This document shows positions 1 to 9,457 of a stretch of 52,460 bases of DNA, in pieces. The stretch is taken from assembly GCA_052168235.1 (NCBI GenBank), contig JBQLZK010000054.1, positions 1 through 52,460 on the forward strand, given 5' to 3'. Position 1 is the stretch's first letter; every line of letters starts with the position of its first letter. This stretch comes from Thainema sp. Its GTDB lineage: Bacteria > Cyanobacteriota > Cyanobacteriia > Phormidesmidales > Phormidesmidaceae. Under the pieces are notes generated by a model that made no database searches, had not been told where the DNA came from, and worked only from the letters and a program-made list of their open reading frames with translations. A program made the position numbers and the translations under genes.

Positions 1-43
1 AGGGGTACCCTTTATTCTATTCTCCCCCGTTCATTACCTATTT

Positions 44-478
44 GTGATCGCTGTAAATGCGTTTGATTTTGTGATTACGATTGCAATTGGTTCAACTCTT
101 GGACGATTAATTACCGCTAAAGGTGTATCGCTACTTGAAAGCATTACCGCATTTTTGACCCTCCTTTTATTACAACGTTTAGTTTCTTGGCTCACCGTTC
201 GATCAGCCAGATTCAAAGATCTAGTCACCGCAAATCCCTCGCTGCTGTACTTCCGGGGACATTTTTTGCACAGGGTTATGCAAAAGCACCGGATCACAGA
301 GCAACAACTGCTAGCAGTTGTACGGAAAAACAAAATTGGCTCTTTAGATGCAGTGGAAGCCATTGTACTGGAATCAGCCGGAACGATTGCTGTCGTCAAA
401 AAAGCAACGGATGGAGAACGAGCCGACATCTCTGTGCTGGGTAGCATTCCTAAAGTCAACCAAAGAGGACTATTGTGA
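44..478 (+). CDS. DUF421/YetF-family membrane protein, probably N-terminally truncated
   Basis: NAFDFVITIAIGS motif, a TM helix and C-terminal 'AIVLESAGTIAVV'. The frame is open back to the window start, but the upstream codons do not resemble the usual DUF421 N-terminus. Confidence 0.7.
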   Translation: MIAVNAFDFVITIAIGSTLGRLITAKGVSLLESITAFLTLLLLQRLVSWLTVRSARFKDLVTANPSLLYFRGHFLHRVMQKHRITEQQLLAVVRKNKIGSLDAVEAIVLESAGTIAVVKKATDGERADISVLGSIPKVNQRGLL

Positions 479-537
479 TGTTTCATCCTTTAGAGCCTTT
501 ATAGCCTTTCCTGGGCTACTGAGGACAAGTTATTTTT

Positions 538-722
538 TGGAAGCTGGCCTATGGGGTACCTAACATTGCGATCGCACTGCTTTGTCTGCCGCTCGTGACT
601 ACGTTCTAGCTATGGTTGTCGCCATCGCCGCAGTTGTGAGCTGGCAACAGGGATACTGGACAATCACCAAACGATTATATTATTCGCTGGTCACATTAAT
701 TAGCCGCTCTCGCCTTTATCCT
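538..722 (+). pseudogene. Frameshifted remnant resembling the C-terminal membrane domain of cyanobacterial serine hydrolases
   Basis: Manual translation gives WKLAYGVPNIAIALLCLPLVTT (538-603), a shift, LAMVVAIAAVVSWQQGYWTITKRLYYSLVTLI (from 606), another shift, then AALAFI. The family resemblance is from recall only. Confidence 0.55.
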
Positions 723-755
723 GTTTTTATAGTGATTCCAGTTATAGAGTGAGAA

Positions 756-802
756 AACGAGAGAGGAGAGTGCCTCATGATGAGGCACCCTCCTCTCTCG
801 TT
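756..802. repeat. Inverted repeat, 22-bp arms with 1 mismatch, 3-nt loop
   Basis: aacgagagaggagagtgcctca-tga-tgaggcaccctcctctctcgtt. Confidence 0.9.
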
Positions 803-900
803 CTTATCTAGAACCCCTATAACCTATTGGAACTTGCTAAGGTGTCAATTTTGAGCCATACAGTTCGAGCCATACGGGCTGTCTGTCAACCCAATATTAC

Positions 901-988
901 AGACTTTATTGGAAATAAAGTTTTTGGGGTTGGAAATTGTTTTGTAGCGCGGCGGAGCCGCGCTACAAAACAATTTCCGATAAAGTCT
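901..988. repeat. Nested palindromic element: perfect 22-bp hairpin 932-978 plus an alternative outer arm; likely also the tpsB terminator
   Basis: ggaaattgttttgtagcgcggc-gga-gccgcgctacaaaacaatttcc. Outer agactttattggaaat (901-916) pairs with atttccgataaagtct (973-988). Confidence 0.85.
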
Positions 989-1001
989 TATCTAATCGAT
1001 A

Positions 1002-2921
1002 TTAGAGGCCATAGCGAACGCTAAAGTAGAATCCCTCGTCTTGGGCATTGTCGCCGCGATCGTCGGTATCAATCAGCGGCAGGCCATAGTCCAGCCGCAC
1101 ATTGAGATTTGGTAGTGGTTCCCACAGCAAACCTAGACCAATTCCAGCTAGAAACTCCTCATCCGGTCGCCCAACATTATTGGGGTTTTCGCTATCGTTC
1201 CAGACTGCCCCCATATCAAAAAAGGGAGCCAATTGAAATGTTGCTAATCCGGCTTCATTTCGAGCCAGGGTAATCCGGTCTTCCACAGAAAACCGGAAGC
1301 CATTGTCTCCCGCCCGCGCGTTTTGCCGATAGCCCCTCAGCGATTGGCCGCCCCCAATCACAAACTGTTCTGAACTGAGCAGCGAATCAGGTGTGAGCTG
1401 TAGATCAAGCTGTACGATCAGCAGATGGTCATCACTGAGGCGCTGTACCCGCTGCGCCTGCCCCAACCAGCTAATGAATCGGCTGTCGGGGATGGGATCA
1501 TCGTTAATCGTGGCGTCAAATAGCCCTGTGCCAATGCTAAATAAGGAGCGGCCCACCCAGGCACCTTGACTATCACGGCGGATATAGTCCTGACCAAAGC
1601 GAAACACGCTGGTGCGACTAATCCCGGTATCGGGATCGGGGCCAAAGCCAAACCCAAAAGGCCGATCGCCCAGAAATGTTTGTCCATCCCGGTAGCTAAA
1701 GCCCAAGGACAGAGCGAACTCCTCGCGGGGATTGCGTACCAGCGGTTGCCGGAAGCTGATTTCATACAGTTCTGATTCACCTTCAACACTGAGTGCAGCA
1801 TTAATCGGAATTTCATTCTCATCCAACTGTGCCCGGAGCTGGAGCGTACCGTCCTTCGCATTTAACGGCACGCGATAGCTGAGGTCATACACAACGGATT
1901 CTCCAGTCGTTGTCCGATCCCAAGAGCCAATCAGCGTGTCACCAATACCGAACACATTGCGGTGTCCTACATCAATCCCGATCCGCTCGGAACCAACCGA
2001 CGGTGGAGAGTAGTTATCAATTCCGGCCTCAACGATCCAGGGATTGGCTTCTTCAACCCGCACAATCAGGATGCTTTCGCCAACTTGATCACCCGCTCGA
2101 AGGCTGGCCTCAATATTCTCGAAGAGTGGGTTAAGGCGCAGCAGACGGAGCTGATCTTCTAAGCGATCTGTCCGCAAGGGCGTTCTAGCCCCGAGCTGAA
2201 TGCGATCGCGGATATAAAAGTTCCGTACCCGCTCATTTCCTTCGATTTGGATGTCGCTGATCGAGCCTTCAACCACCTGAATTTGCACCACGCCATCCGT
2301 GACTTCCTGCTCCACCAAAATGGCGCGCGAGGTGATATATCCCTGATCGAGATAGAGCTGAGTAATTTGATCGGCAGCGGCCTGTAGTTCTGCGACCGTC
2401 GCCTGGCGGCCTTCCAAGGGAGCAATGATGGGTTCAAAGTCTTCTTGATCAAAAATTGTGCTGCCCACAACGTCAATGCGCGTGACTTCAAGACTAGTGG
2501 CAGGGCTATCTGGTGCAGGAGTTGCTGGCTCAGTTTCAATTTCAGTTTCGGTTTCAGTTTCCTCTTCATCCGGCAGCGGCGGAATGTCATCCGCATCTGG
2601 AATGGGCTGGAGAAAGCGGTCGTCGTTGGGATTGGGATTTTGAGCCAGATCGAGGCGAAGTGCCGAGGACGGAGTAGACGGAGTAAATGATAGATCAGAG
2701 GCAATCGCATTACTGTCTGCGATCGCAACTAGCCCAACAGATGCAACCAAGGATGAGACGAATGGTGACAGCAACCAGAAAGTCCGGAATTGCAGGGTTT
2801 GAGATGAATGCCTTGATGCAGACCTTCGCAATCTAGCGTGCGATCGCGGATTAGCTCCCTCAGCGCCATCAGCGCCATCAGCGATCGCTGGCGATTGATA
2901 TCTAAGCTTGACTCCCCACAT
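1002..2921 (-). CDS. ShlB/FhaC/HecB-family (TpsB, Omp85-type) outer-membrane transporter
   Basis: POTRA domains (QLYLDQGYITSRA), SLRGY motif and a beta-barrel C-terminus (FYFSVRYGL). Start placed at ATG 2921, which follows GAGG; the ORF is open to 3044. Confidence 0.9.
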   Translation of the reverse strand: MWGVKLRYQSPAIADGADGAEGANPRSHARLRRSASRHSSQTLQFRTFWLLSPFVSSLVASVGLVAIADSNAIASDLSFTPSTPSSALRLDLAQNPNPNDDRFLQPIPDADDIPPLPDEEETETETEIETEPATPAPDSPATSLEVTRIDVVGSTIFDQEDFEPIIAPLEGRQATVAELQAAADQITQLYLDQGYITSRAILVEQEVTDGVVQIQVVEGSISDIQIEGNERVRNFYIRDRIQLGARTPLRTDRLEDQLRLLRLNPLFENIEASLRAGDQVGESILIVRVEEANPWIVEAGIDNYSPPSVGSERIGIDVGHRNVFGIGDTLIGSWDRTTTGESVVYDLSYRVPLNAKDGTLQLRAQLDENEIPINAALSVEGESELYEISFRQPLVRNPREEFALSLGFSYRDGQTFLGDRPFGFGFGPDPDTGISRTSVFRFGQDYIRRDSQGAWVGRSLFSIGTGLFDATINDDPIPDSRFISWLGQAQRVQRLSDDHLLIVQLDLQLTPDSLLSSEQFVIGGGQSLRGYRQNARAGDNGFRFSVEDRITLARNEAGLATFQLAPFFDMGAVWNDSENPNNVGRPDEEFLAGIGLGLLWEPLPNLNVRLDYGLPLIDTDDRGDNAQDEGFYFSVRYGL

Positions 2922-3471
2922 AACAGTTGCCTCGTAGTTGCCTCGATGTTTCACGTCCGAGCTAATAGCATGCCATCTTGATTGCGGCAGGCACACCGTC
3001 TTGATAATTTCCTCCCCACAATATACGAGTAAATACCGGGGCATCCGGTGGGATCAGGCCAGTTTCAGCTCAGCTTTTTAAGGAATCGTCATAGAGATTT
3101 ACGCAAAATGCACACTACAGCCTCAAACACCCAAATCAAACTGTAAAAGATGGTAGAAAGACGGTAGAAAGAGGATTTTGCACATTCATTTTGTGCATTC
3201 TTTGTGCATTATGAGAACCGTTATGAGAGGATGAATTGACTTTTTATAACGTTAGACGCATCCAAAATCTAGAAATACCCTTAGAATGCTGAATCAGCAG
3301 GTCCCATCCAAATGCCTATCCGATCGAGAAATCTCAGCACAGTTTTGACGAAACGCTTGTGGCGCGAGCGTTTTGCAAAAGCTAAAGTTGGTTTTTACGA
3401 ACGGATTCGGTATAAGTAGTGGGGCGCACCCGGTTGTTCTACGTTTCGTTTCATTACTTTGGAGGTTTCCG

Positions 3472-5184
3472 ATGTCGAGAACTGGCGATTGGCCCCCGAC
3501 GTCTCCTCATTCTCAAGAGAGTTCTTCTCCGTCTGTAATTGACTTTTCCGCAGCGGCACAGTCGCGCATGGCGCAATCCCATGCGGCGCAGTCCCGTTCA
3601 GAACAGTCTCAAACTCGTCTGACAGACTCTCGCACGTCCTACGCTCCGACATCCCAGTTTCGGCCCTCCTCTCCTGCCAATCCTCGAGCCAACCCCTCTC
3701 ATCCGCTGAATCCAATTACCTATTTGCGGGGACGACGGCGTTCTGCGCGATCGCGTCGCTCCCCCTTACAGGCTCAAGCCGCAGATACTTCTCGCCAGAT
3801 GTCCCAGCGGACTGCCCACCAGCCTTTGTATCCGTCTGCAGCATCTCAATCGGGGTCATTTAGCCGCTCACCCCACGCAAATTCCTATTCAACCAGAACG
3901 TATACCGGACAATCGAGCTATTCAGCTCCTGTCTCATCAGCCGCCAGAAGCTTCTCTGGAGGAACCTCGCTAACAGACCCCTATTTGTCCCGTAGACAGC
4001 AGGATCCACGCCGCGCCGCCAACTCAGATGCCGCATCCCGGCGCAGAACCAATCGGCGGGCAACTCGGCGGGATGCGTCTCGGCGGGATATCGGCCCGTC
4101 GCCTGTAGCGGTTCAACCTCGGCGTCCGTCAAAGGCAATCCGGCGAATTACCAAACTGCCGTCGCCGCTGCTCTATGGCCTGCGGCTAGCCATCCTAGGC
4201 GTGGGCATTGCCGGTATTGCTGGAACGACGCTGTCGATTTGGAATCCTGAACTCCAGGTCGAGGCCAATCCGGAGCGATCCATTCAGAAAAGTACGACGG
4301 AAGCGATCGCAACTACGGGAGGTGCACCAACTCCAGCTGCGATCGCACTACCGCTGGGCAGTGAACTTGCAAGTCTCAAAAATCAACTGGCACAGATAGA
4401 AGCTCAGATGCCGGGACTAGAGCTGTCTGCATTTGTCTATGACTTAGAAAATCGCACCTACCTCAACTTTGAAGGCGGTATGCCCATCTCAGCCGCCAGC
4501 ATGATTAAAATTCCGGTTTTGGTCGCGTTTTTACAAGAGGTGGATCAGGGCAATATTAGCCTCAATGAACCGCTAACGATTGACGCAGCCCAGGTCGCCA
4601 CTGGCTCTGGCAGTATGCAGGATGAACCGGTCGGCACGGTCTATTCAGCGCTGGAAACGGCATCCTGGATGATTGTCAATAGCGACAATACGGCCACCAA
4701 TATGCTGATTGAGCGGATGGGCGGAGCCGCCAAGCTAAACGAGCGCTTTAAGAGCTGGGGACTAGAAGATACGGTGATTAACGCGCCGCTGCCCGATTTG
4801 GAGGGGACAAATACCACCAGCCCAGAAGACCTGGTCAGCCTGATGAGCATGATCAATCAGGGTGAACTGCTAAGTCTGAGATCTCGAGATCGGATGCTCA
4901 CGATCATGCAGCGCACCTACGCGGCGGATCTGCTGCCCCAGGGACTAGGCGATGAAAATGCGCTAATTGCCCACAAGACAGGCGATATCGGTGCCATGTT
5001 AGGCGACGCGGGTATTGTTGATCTCCCTAACGGCCAGCGATATGCGATCGCGGTTATGGTGCAGCGCCCGTTCAACGACGGTCGAGCAGTAGAAATGATT
5101 CGCCTAGTTTCCCAAGCGACCTTCAATCAGTTCAACCAGCAGCCTATGCCGACCGCTGCGGCATCGGAAACGCCAACCAACTAA
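3472..5184 (+). CDS. Serine hydrolase, class A beta-lactamase-like (PBP-A type), with long disordered N-terminus and a TM anchor
   Basis: SxxK (ASMIK), SDN and KTG motifs; GGAGG RBS before ATG 3472. Confidence 0.88.
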   Translation: MSRTGDWPPTSPHSQESSSPSVIDFSAAAQSRMAQSHAAQSRSEQSQTRLTDSRTSYAPTSQFRPSSPANPRANPSHPLNPITYLRGRRRSARSRRSPLQAQAADTSRQMSQRTAHQPLYPSAASQSGSFSRSPHANSYSTRTYTGQSSYSAPVSSAARSFSGGTSLTDPYLSRRQQDPRRAANSDAASRRRTNRRATRRDASRRDIGPSPVAVQPRRPSKAIRRITKLPSPLLYGLRLAILGVGIAGIAGTTLSIWNPELQVEANPERSIQKSTTEAIATTGGAPTPAAIALPLGSELASLKNQLAQIEAQMPGLELSAFVYDLENRTYLNFEGGMPISAASMIKIPVLVAFLQEVDQGNISLNEPLTIDAAQVATGSGSMQDEPVGTVYSALETASWMIVNSDNTATNMLIERMGGAAKLNERFKSWGLEDTVINAPLPDLEGTNTTSPEDLVSLMSMINQGELLSLRSRDRMLTIMQRTYAADLLPQGLGDENALIAHKTGDIGAMLGDAGIVDLPNGQRYAIAVMVQRPFNDGRAVEMIRLVSQATFNQFNQQPMPTAAASETPTN

Positions 5185-5233
5185 AACGAATTGTCCGGCT
5201 GACAGGCAGCCGGACAATTCGTTTTAGTTGGTT
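5175..5233. terminator. Perfect 27-bp hairpin between convergent genes (bidirectional terminator candidate)
   Basis: aaccaactaaaacgaattgtccggctg-acagg-cagccggacaattcgttttagttggtt. Confidence 0.8.
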
Positions 5234-5236
5234 TCG

Positions 5237-6289
5237 CTAAACCTCTAGTGGATGCGTCGCCTCGCCAAGCGGCGGCTCGTACTGTGCCTGCTGATCTAGC
5301 TGATCCAGGCTGTCCCAAACCGTTTGCAGCAGCTGATCCAGATTTTGCTGCGTAACGGCTGAAATTTGAAACACCCGTTGTCCCGAAAGAGACTCCAGCT
5401 CGGCGACGACACTGGCAATATCCATATCGGGCGATACGGCATCCATTTTATTCAGCGCCAGAATTTGAGGCCGATTGGTTAAACCACGACCGTAAGCGCT
5501 CAGTTCTTGCTGAATTGTTTGGTAATCTGCGATCGCATCAGCACTGGTTGCATCAATTAAATGCAACAGGAGGCGAGTCCGTTCAATATGGCGCAGAAAA
5601 TCATGCCCCAATCCCTGTCCGGCATGGGCACCCTCAATTAAACCGGGAATATCGGCAAACACCGTGCCGTCACCCGTGGGCTTACGCACGACGCCCAAGT
5701 TGGGCACCAGGGTGGTAAACGGATAATCAGCAATTTTAGGCCGTGCTGCTGACAGCGCTGAAATCAAGGTCGATTTCCCTGCGTTCGGCAAGCCAATGAT
5801 GCCAACTTCAGCTAAGAGCTTTAACTCTAGCCGCAGATATTTCTCTTCACCGTCCAAACCCGGCAGAGCATGTTCCGGGGCACGGTTCCGGTTGCTGAGG
5901 AAGTGGCGATTGCCCAAGCCGCCTTTGCCGCCTGCCGCGACGCAAAGGATCTGATCCGCCTGGGTCAAATCCCCTAGGATTTCCTCAGTCTCGCCATCAT
6001 AAACAACAGTGCCACAGGGCACTTCGATGATTAGATCATGCCCTGAAGCGCCTGTCATATTTTTCGGGCCGCCGCGCTGCCCATTCTCGGCTTTGAACTG
6101 GCGCGCGTAGCGAAAGTCAAGTAGGGTCTGCAAATTGGTGACGGCCTTGAGGATCACAGAGCCACCTTTGCCACCGTTACCACCCGATGGCCCACCAGCA
6201 GGCACATACTTCTCGCGCCGAAAGGCTACAATGCCATCTCCGCCTTTGCCTGCTTTAACTTCAATTTCCGCCTGATCAATGAACTGCAT
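5237..6289 (-). CDS. obgE: GTPase ObgE/CgtA
   Basis: [53 protein letters not shown]. Confidence 0.98.
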   Translation of the reverse strand: MQFIDQAEIEVKAGKGGDGIVAFRREKYVPAGGPSGGNGGKGGSVILKAVTNLQTLLDFRYARQFKAENGQRGGPKNMTGASGHDLIIEVPCGTVVYDGETEEILGDLTQADQILCVAAGGKGGLGNRHFLSNRNRAPEHALPGLDGEEKYLRLELKLLAEVGIIGLPNAGKSTLISALSAARPKIADYPFTTLVPNLGVVRKPTGDGTVFADIPGLIEGAHAGQGLGHDFLRHIERTRLLLHLIDATSADAIADYQTIQQELSAYGRGLTNRPQILALNKMDAVSPDMDIASVVAELESLSGQRVFQISAVTQQNLDQLLQTVWDSLDQLDQQAQYEPPLGEATHPLEV

Positions 6290-6353
6290 AGCACGTCCAA
6301 CCCTGTACGCTTAAGCGTGTAGCTACCCATCCTATGATAGACGGTCATTTCCT

Positions 6354-6896
6354 ATGATTAGCGAATCTGCTTTACTCGTTGGGCCTGAAGTCTTTTTGCG
6401 GCATCCTGCGATTGAGGATGAAGCCGAATTTATTCAGATGGTACGCTCTAGTCGAACGCTCCACCGTCCGTGGGCCTATCCACCGAGTACGCAGCAAGCA
6501 TTTGTTGAGTATATTCAGCGCAGCGAGTCTAAACGCCACGAATCTTTGCTGGTCTGTGAGAATCGTTCAGGTGCGATCGCAGGTGTGATCAATTTAAATG
6601 AAATCATTCGCGGCGCTTTTCAGAATGCCTTTTTGGGCTACTATGCCCATGCTGACTTTGCCGGACGGGGCTACATGACGGCAGGGCTACAGCTAGCGCT
6701 ACAGTATACTTTTTCCATCCTCAAGCTCCATCGGCTAGAAGCCAACATTCAGCCTGCTAATCAATCTTCAGTTCGCCTGGTCAAACACTGTGGCTTTCGC
6801 CTGGAAGGGATGTCCCCTAAATACCTATGCATCAACGGTGAGTGGCGTGACCATGAGCGCTGGGCAATTTTAGCCGACGAGTGGTTCGCAACCTAA
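6354..6896 (+). CDS. GNAT N-acetyltransferase, RimJ/RimL type
   Basis: FLGYY..FAGRGYMTAGL, LHRLEANIQPANQSS, INGEWRDH. Confidence 0.9.
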   Translation: MISESALLVGPEVFLRHPAIEDEAEFIQMVRSSRTLHRPWAYPPSTQQAFVEYIQRSESKRHESLLVCENRSGAIAGVINLNEIIRGAFQNAFLGYYAHADFAGRGYMTAGLQLALQYTFSILKLHRLEANIQPANQSSVRLVKHCGFRLEGMSPKYLCINGEWRDHERWAILADEWFAT

Positions 6897-6932
6897 AACC
6901 TAAAAGTTTGTAGTGGATGAACTCGTCAAATA

Positions 6933-6973
6933 GAAAAGTGCGCCACCGCTCTACGAGCGGCGACGCACTTTTC
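6933..6973. terminator. Hairpin between convergent genes (bidirectional terminator candidate)
   Basis: gaaaagtgcgccaccgctc-tac-gagcggcgacgcacttttc, with A/T tracts at both ends. Confidence 0.7.
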
Positions 6974-7024
6974 GTCATTCTTTACGTTTTAGCGCAAAGA
7001 AGGGATTGAGAGAAGACCAGTTAA

Positions 7025-7975
7025 TTACCGCTGGACAACATCAGGATTGTCGTTGGTATCGATATCCAACTCTTCGCGACGAACTTTTTCACGTCCACTA
7101 ACAGTATCCCGATCAACTTCCTTACGGACATCAACTTCTTCGCGGACAAACGCTTCTTTACGGACATCAGCTTTCTCAGCATAAACATCCATATGAGCTA
7201 CCTCGCCCTCTTTAAAATCAGGGTTGCGGTTGGTTGCAGTTGTAGAAGTAGGCTGATGGCGCTCAATGACAACGCGCTCATTTTCAACCGGAACCGATAC
7301 TTCTTGAGTATCTGACTTGACTCGTTTGCCAACCGTTACGGAACCAGCCTTGAAGCGATCCTTATCAGCAACCAAGCGTTCTTGATACAACCGAATCGGT
7401 TCGTGGGATTCGCGATCCATACCGTACAGGCCTGGTTCGCTATTGTAGTCATAACTATTGGCACTGGCAGCAGCGTTAGCAGTTGCATTGGACTGTCCAG
7501 ACTTGTACTGCTTAGCACCGTATAGGGCAGCACTGCCAGGATAAGATGCAGACGTATCAGCGTTATATTCCCGACCTGTGTACCGACCGCTACGGGTTAC
7601 ACCCATATCGCGGTAGCTGCTGCGTACGCGATCTTCGTAGTCGCGATCGACGGTCATATCTTCTCTGTACTCAGGTAAGTTCTCAACCTGCTGCTTAGTC
7701 AGACCATCAACATGGACGCGCCGCTGATCGTAATCGAAGTGCGCTAGTCCGACAGGAAGCAGGATATCTTTACCAAAAATCCAAAAACCGGTGTCAACGA
7801 CTAAATACCGGATATTACCCGTGTTTTGTTCGAACAATGCATCTTTAACAGAACCTACTTTGTCGTTGCCAGAGTAAACACTGTACTCATCGAAATGAGC
7901 TGCTTCGCGATTGCCGCTATTCTTAAACGTTTCGCGATAATTTGGATAAGCGTCTTTAAATTTGATAAGAGCCAT
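7025..7975 (-). CDS. PRC-barrel + DUF2382 (YsnF/AvaK-like) protein
   Basis: IRYLVVDTGFWIFGKDILLPVG; IRLYQERLVADK...VREEV...REEL; GAGG RBS before ATG 7975. Confidence 0.92.
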   Translation of the reverse strand: MALIKFKDAYPNYRETFKNSGNREAAHFDEYSVYSGNDKVGSVKDALFEQNTGNIRYLVVDTGFWIFGKDILLPVGLAHFDYDQRRVHVDGLTKQQVENLPEYREDMTVDRDYEDRVRSSYRDMGVTRSGRYTGREYNADTSASYPGSAALYGAKQYKSGQSNATANAAASANSYDYNSEPGLYGMDRESHEPIRLYQERLVADKDRFKAGSVTVGKRVKSDTQEVSVPVENERVVIERHQPTSTTATNRNPDFKEGEVAHMDVYAEKADVRKEAFVREEVDVRKEVDRDTVSGREKVRREELDIDTNDNPDVVQR

Positions 7976-8199
7976 GTATTGAACCTCTTGTTGTGTCAAC
8001 AGCGTGTGATTACCTTCATATTAGAAATGTTATGGATTTAACTCATGATTCTGTTGATAGAATTACCACCAATAGACTCTCTTATAGAGGGTACAGATCA
8101 TCTCCTCTAACAGGCTATTTAACTAATTCTTTTGACTACAAATTAGTAGAAGATCCTCACCTTTTGGTTTATTACTTAAACACATTCGTCTCGCGCTGT

Positions 8200-8277
8200 A
8201 TTTATTTAGCTACAGAAAATTGGTGGTTAGCTTTCAGCATTTATTTGGTTACAGGAAATTGACGGTTAGCTTTCAGC
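8200..8277. repeat. 39-bp tandem duplication with 5 transition differences
   Basis: atttatttagctacagaaaattggtggttagctttcagc / atttatttggttacaggaaattgacggttagctttcagc. Confidence 0.85.
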
Positions 8278-8309
8278 CACTAGCAATTGATAGCAGCCTA
8301 TAGATTTCC

Positions 8310-8353
8310 ATAAATTCAAAAGCCAGGAAGATCTTCCTGGCTTTTGAATTTAT
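8310..8353. repeat. Perfect 44-bp palindrome with no loop; probable terminator of the 8418-9092 gene
   Basis: ataaattcaaaagccaggaaga|tcttcctggcttttgaatttat. Confidence 0.9.
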
Positions 8354-8417
8354 ATTTGAGTTAATCGATTAATCAACAGTTCAAAAACAATTTGAAATCA
8401 TTGATTCCAGAAACTGC

Positions 8418-9092
8418 TTACGTGTTGTAGGTTCGAGGCTTACGTGCGCCAACGGTCGCACCAATTAGCGCGGCAACTAATCCCAACAGAGAGCCCAACA
8501 GAAAAGACCATGCTGCTTTGGCTGCATTCGCTGAATACTGCTGTGCTTCCTGGGGACTAACATTAGGAATAGCGGCACCCGGATTGGTTGGAGAAACACC
8601 ACCTGGTTCCTGAACTTGGTTAAAGACCTCGCCTGCATTTGAAGCAATGATGCCAAAGGTACCCGAAATACCGCTAGCTAATAGCCAAAGGCTAACTGCG
8701 ATCGTCGTGGCCCATAAAATTGTGCCGTTTAACATAGCCGTTTTTTTGTTCATCGGGCCACAGGTACTAGCCATCAACCAGCTCCCTAGGAAGAGAGCAA
8801 TAAATAAGCTGATAATTGACCAGATGCCAACGCCTAAACCAACTGCACCAGGATTCGTGCTGTCGGAACCAATGGTCAAACCAATCGACGCGCCAAGCGC
8901 ACTCAGTAAAAGCTGAGCTGCGATCGCAACAAAAATTCCTGCCACGATGGGACCCCAACGAACCCGATCATGGTATTCAACAATGGGATTTCCCGTAGTC
9001 ATGCGAGCGGCATCATAGGGCGCATTTGTATAGGGCGCATTAGGGTCATAAGGCTGATTGGGTCGTTCGTTCGATCGTTCTGTGTAGGCCAT
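8418..9092 (-). CDS. Conserved hypothetical 4-TM membrane protein
   Basis: DRVRWGPIVAG motif and four hydrophobic Gly/Ala-rich helices. Confidence 0.8.
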   Translation of the reverse strand: MAYTERSNERPNQPYDPNAPYTNAPYDAARMTTGNPIVEYHDRVRWGPIVAGIFVAIAAQLLLSALGASIGLTIGSDSTNPGAVGLGVGIWSIISLFIALFLGSWLMASTCGPMNKKTAMLNGTILWATTIAVSLWLLASGISGTFGIIASNAGEVFNQVQEPGGVSPTNPGAAIPNVSPQEAQQYSANAAKAAWSFLLGSLLGLVAALIGATVGARKPRTYNT

Positions 9093-9457
9093 TCTTCCGG
9101 TTCCCTCTGAAATTAGATCAAATAGGTCAAACTTGAGTCAAAGTCTTAGACTTACCGTTCACGTAGCGCAACGATAATGTGAACACATGTAAACATTGCT
9201 GTGAATACAGCACCGTGAAATCAGAGAAGTCTAAATATTTCCTCAACCTTATGAGTTTGATACAAAATAGGACTCTACCCTTCGGCGGAAGCTGCTAATT
9301 TTTTTAGTTATCAAAGAGTATCCAAAGGAATACCTAAATGCTCTACATGATAGACGTTTCAAAACTATAAGTTATTTCCATTGAGCGATGAAATAGAGGT
9401 GTAGAAAATTGAGAATTATGAAACGCAATAATTAACCTCACTTAACACCTCACGACT

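Noticed and set aside
2922..3044. Longer starts from the ORF track (3044, 3373, 18204, 28859, 28917 and others)
   Set aside because: Downstream ATGs have better RBSs or match family N-termini, and they avoid overlaps between divergent genes.
3472..5184. Antibiotic-resistance beta-lactamase
   Set aside because: It is membrane-anchored, sits in housekeeping context next to obgE, and has the short omega-loop region typical of cyanobacterial PBP-A-like proteins.
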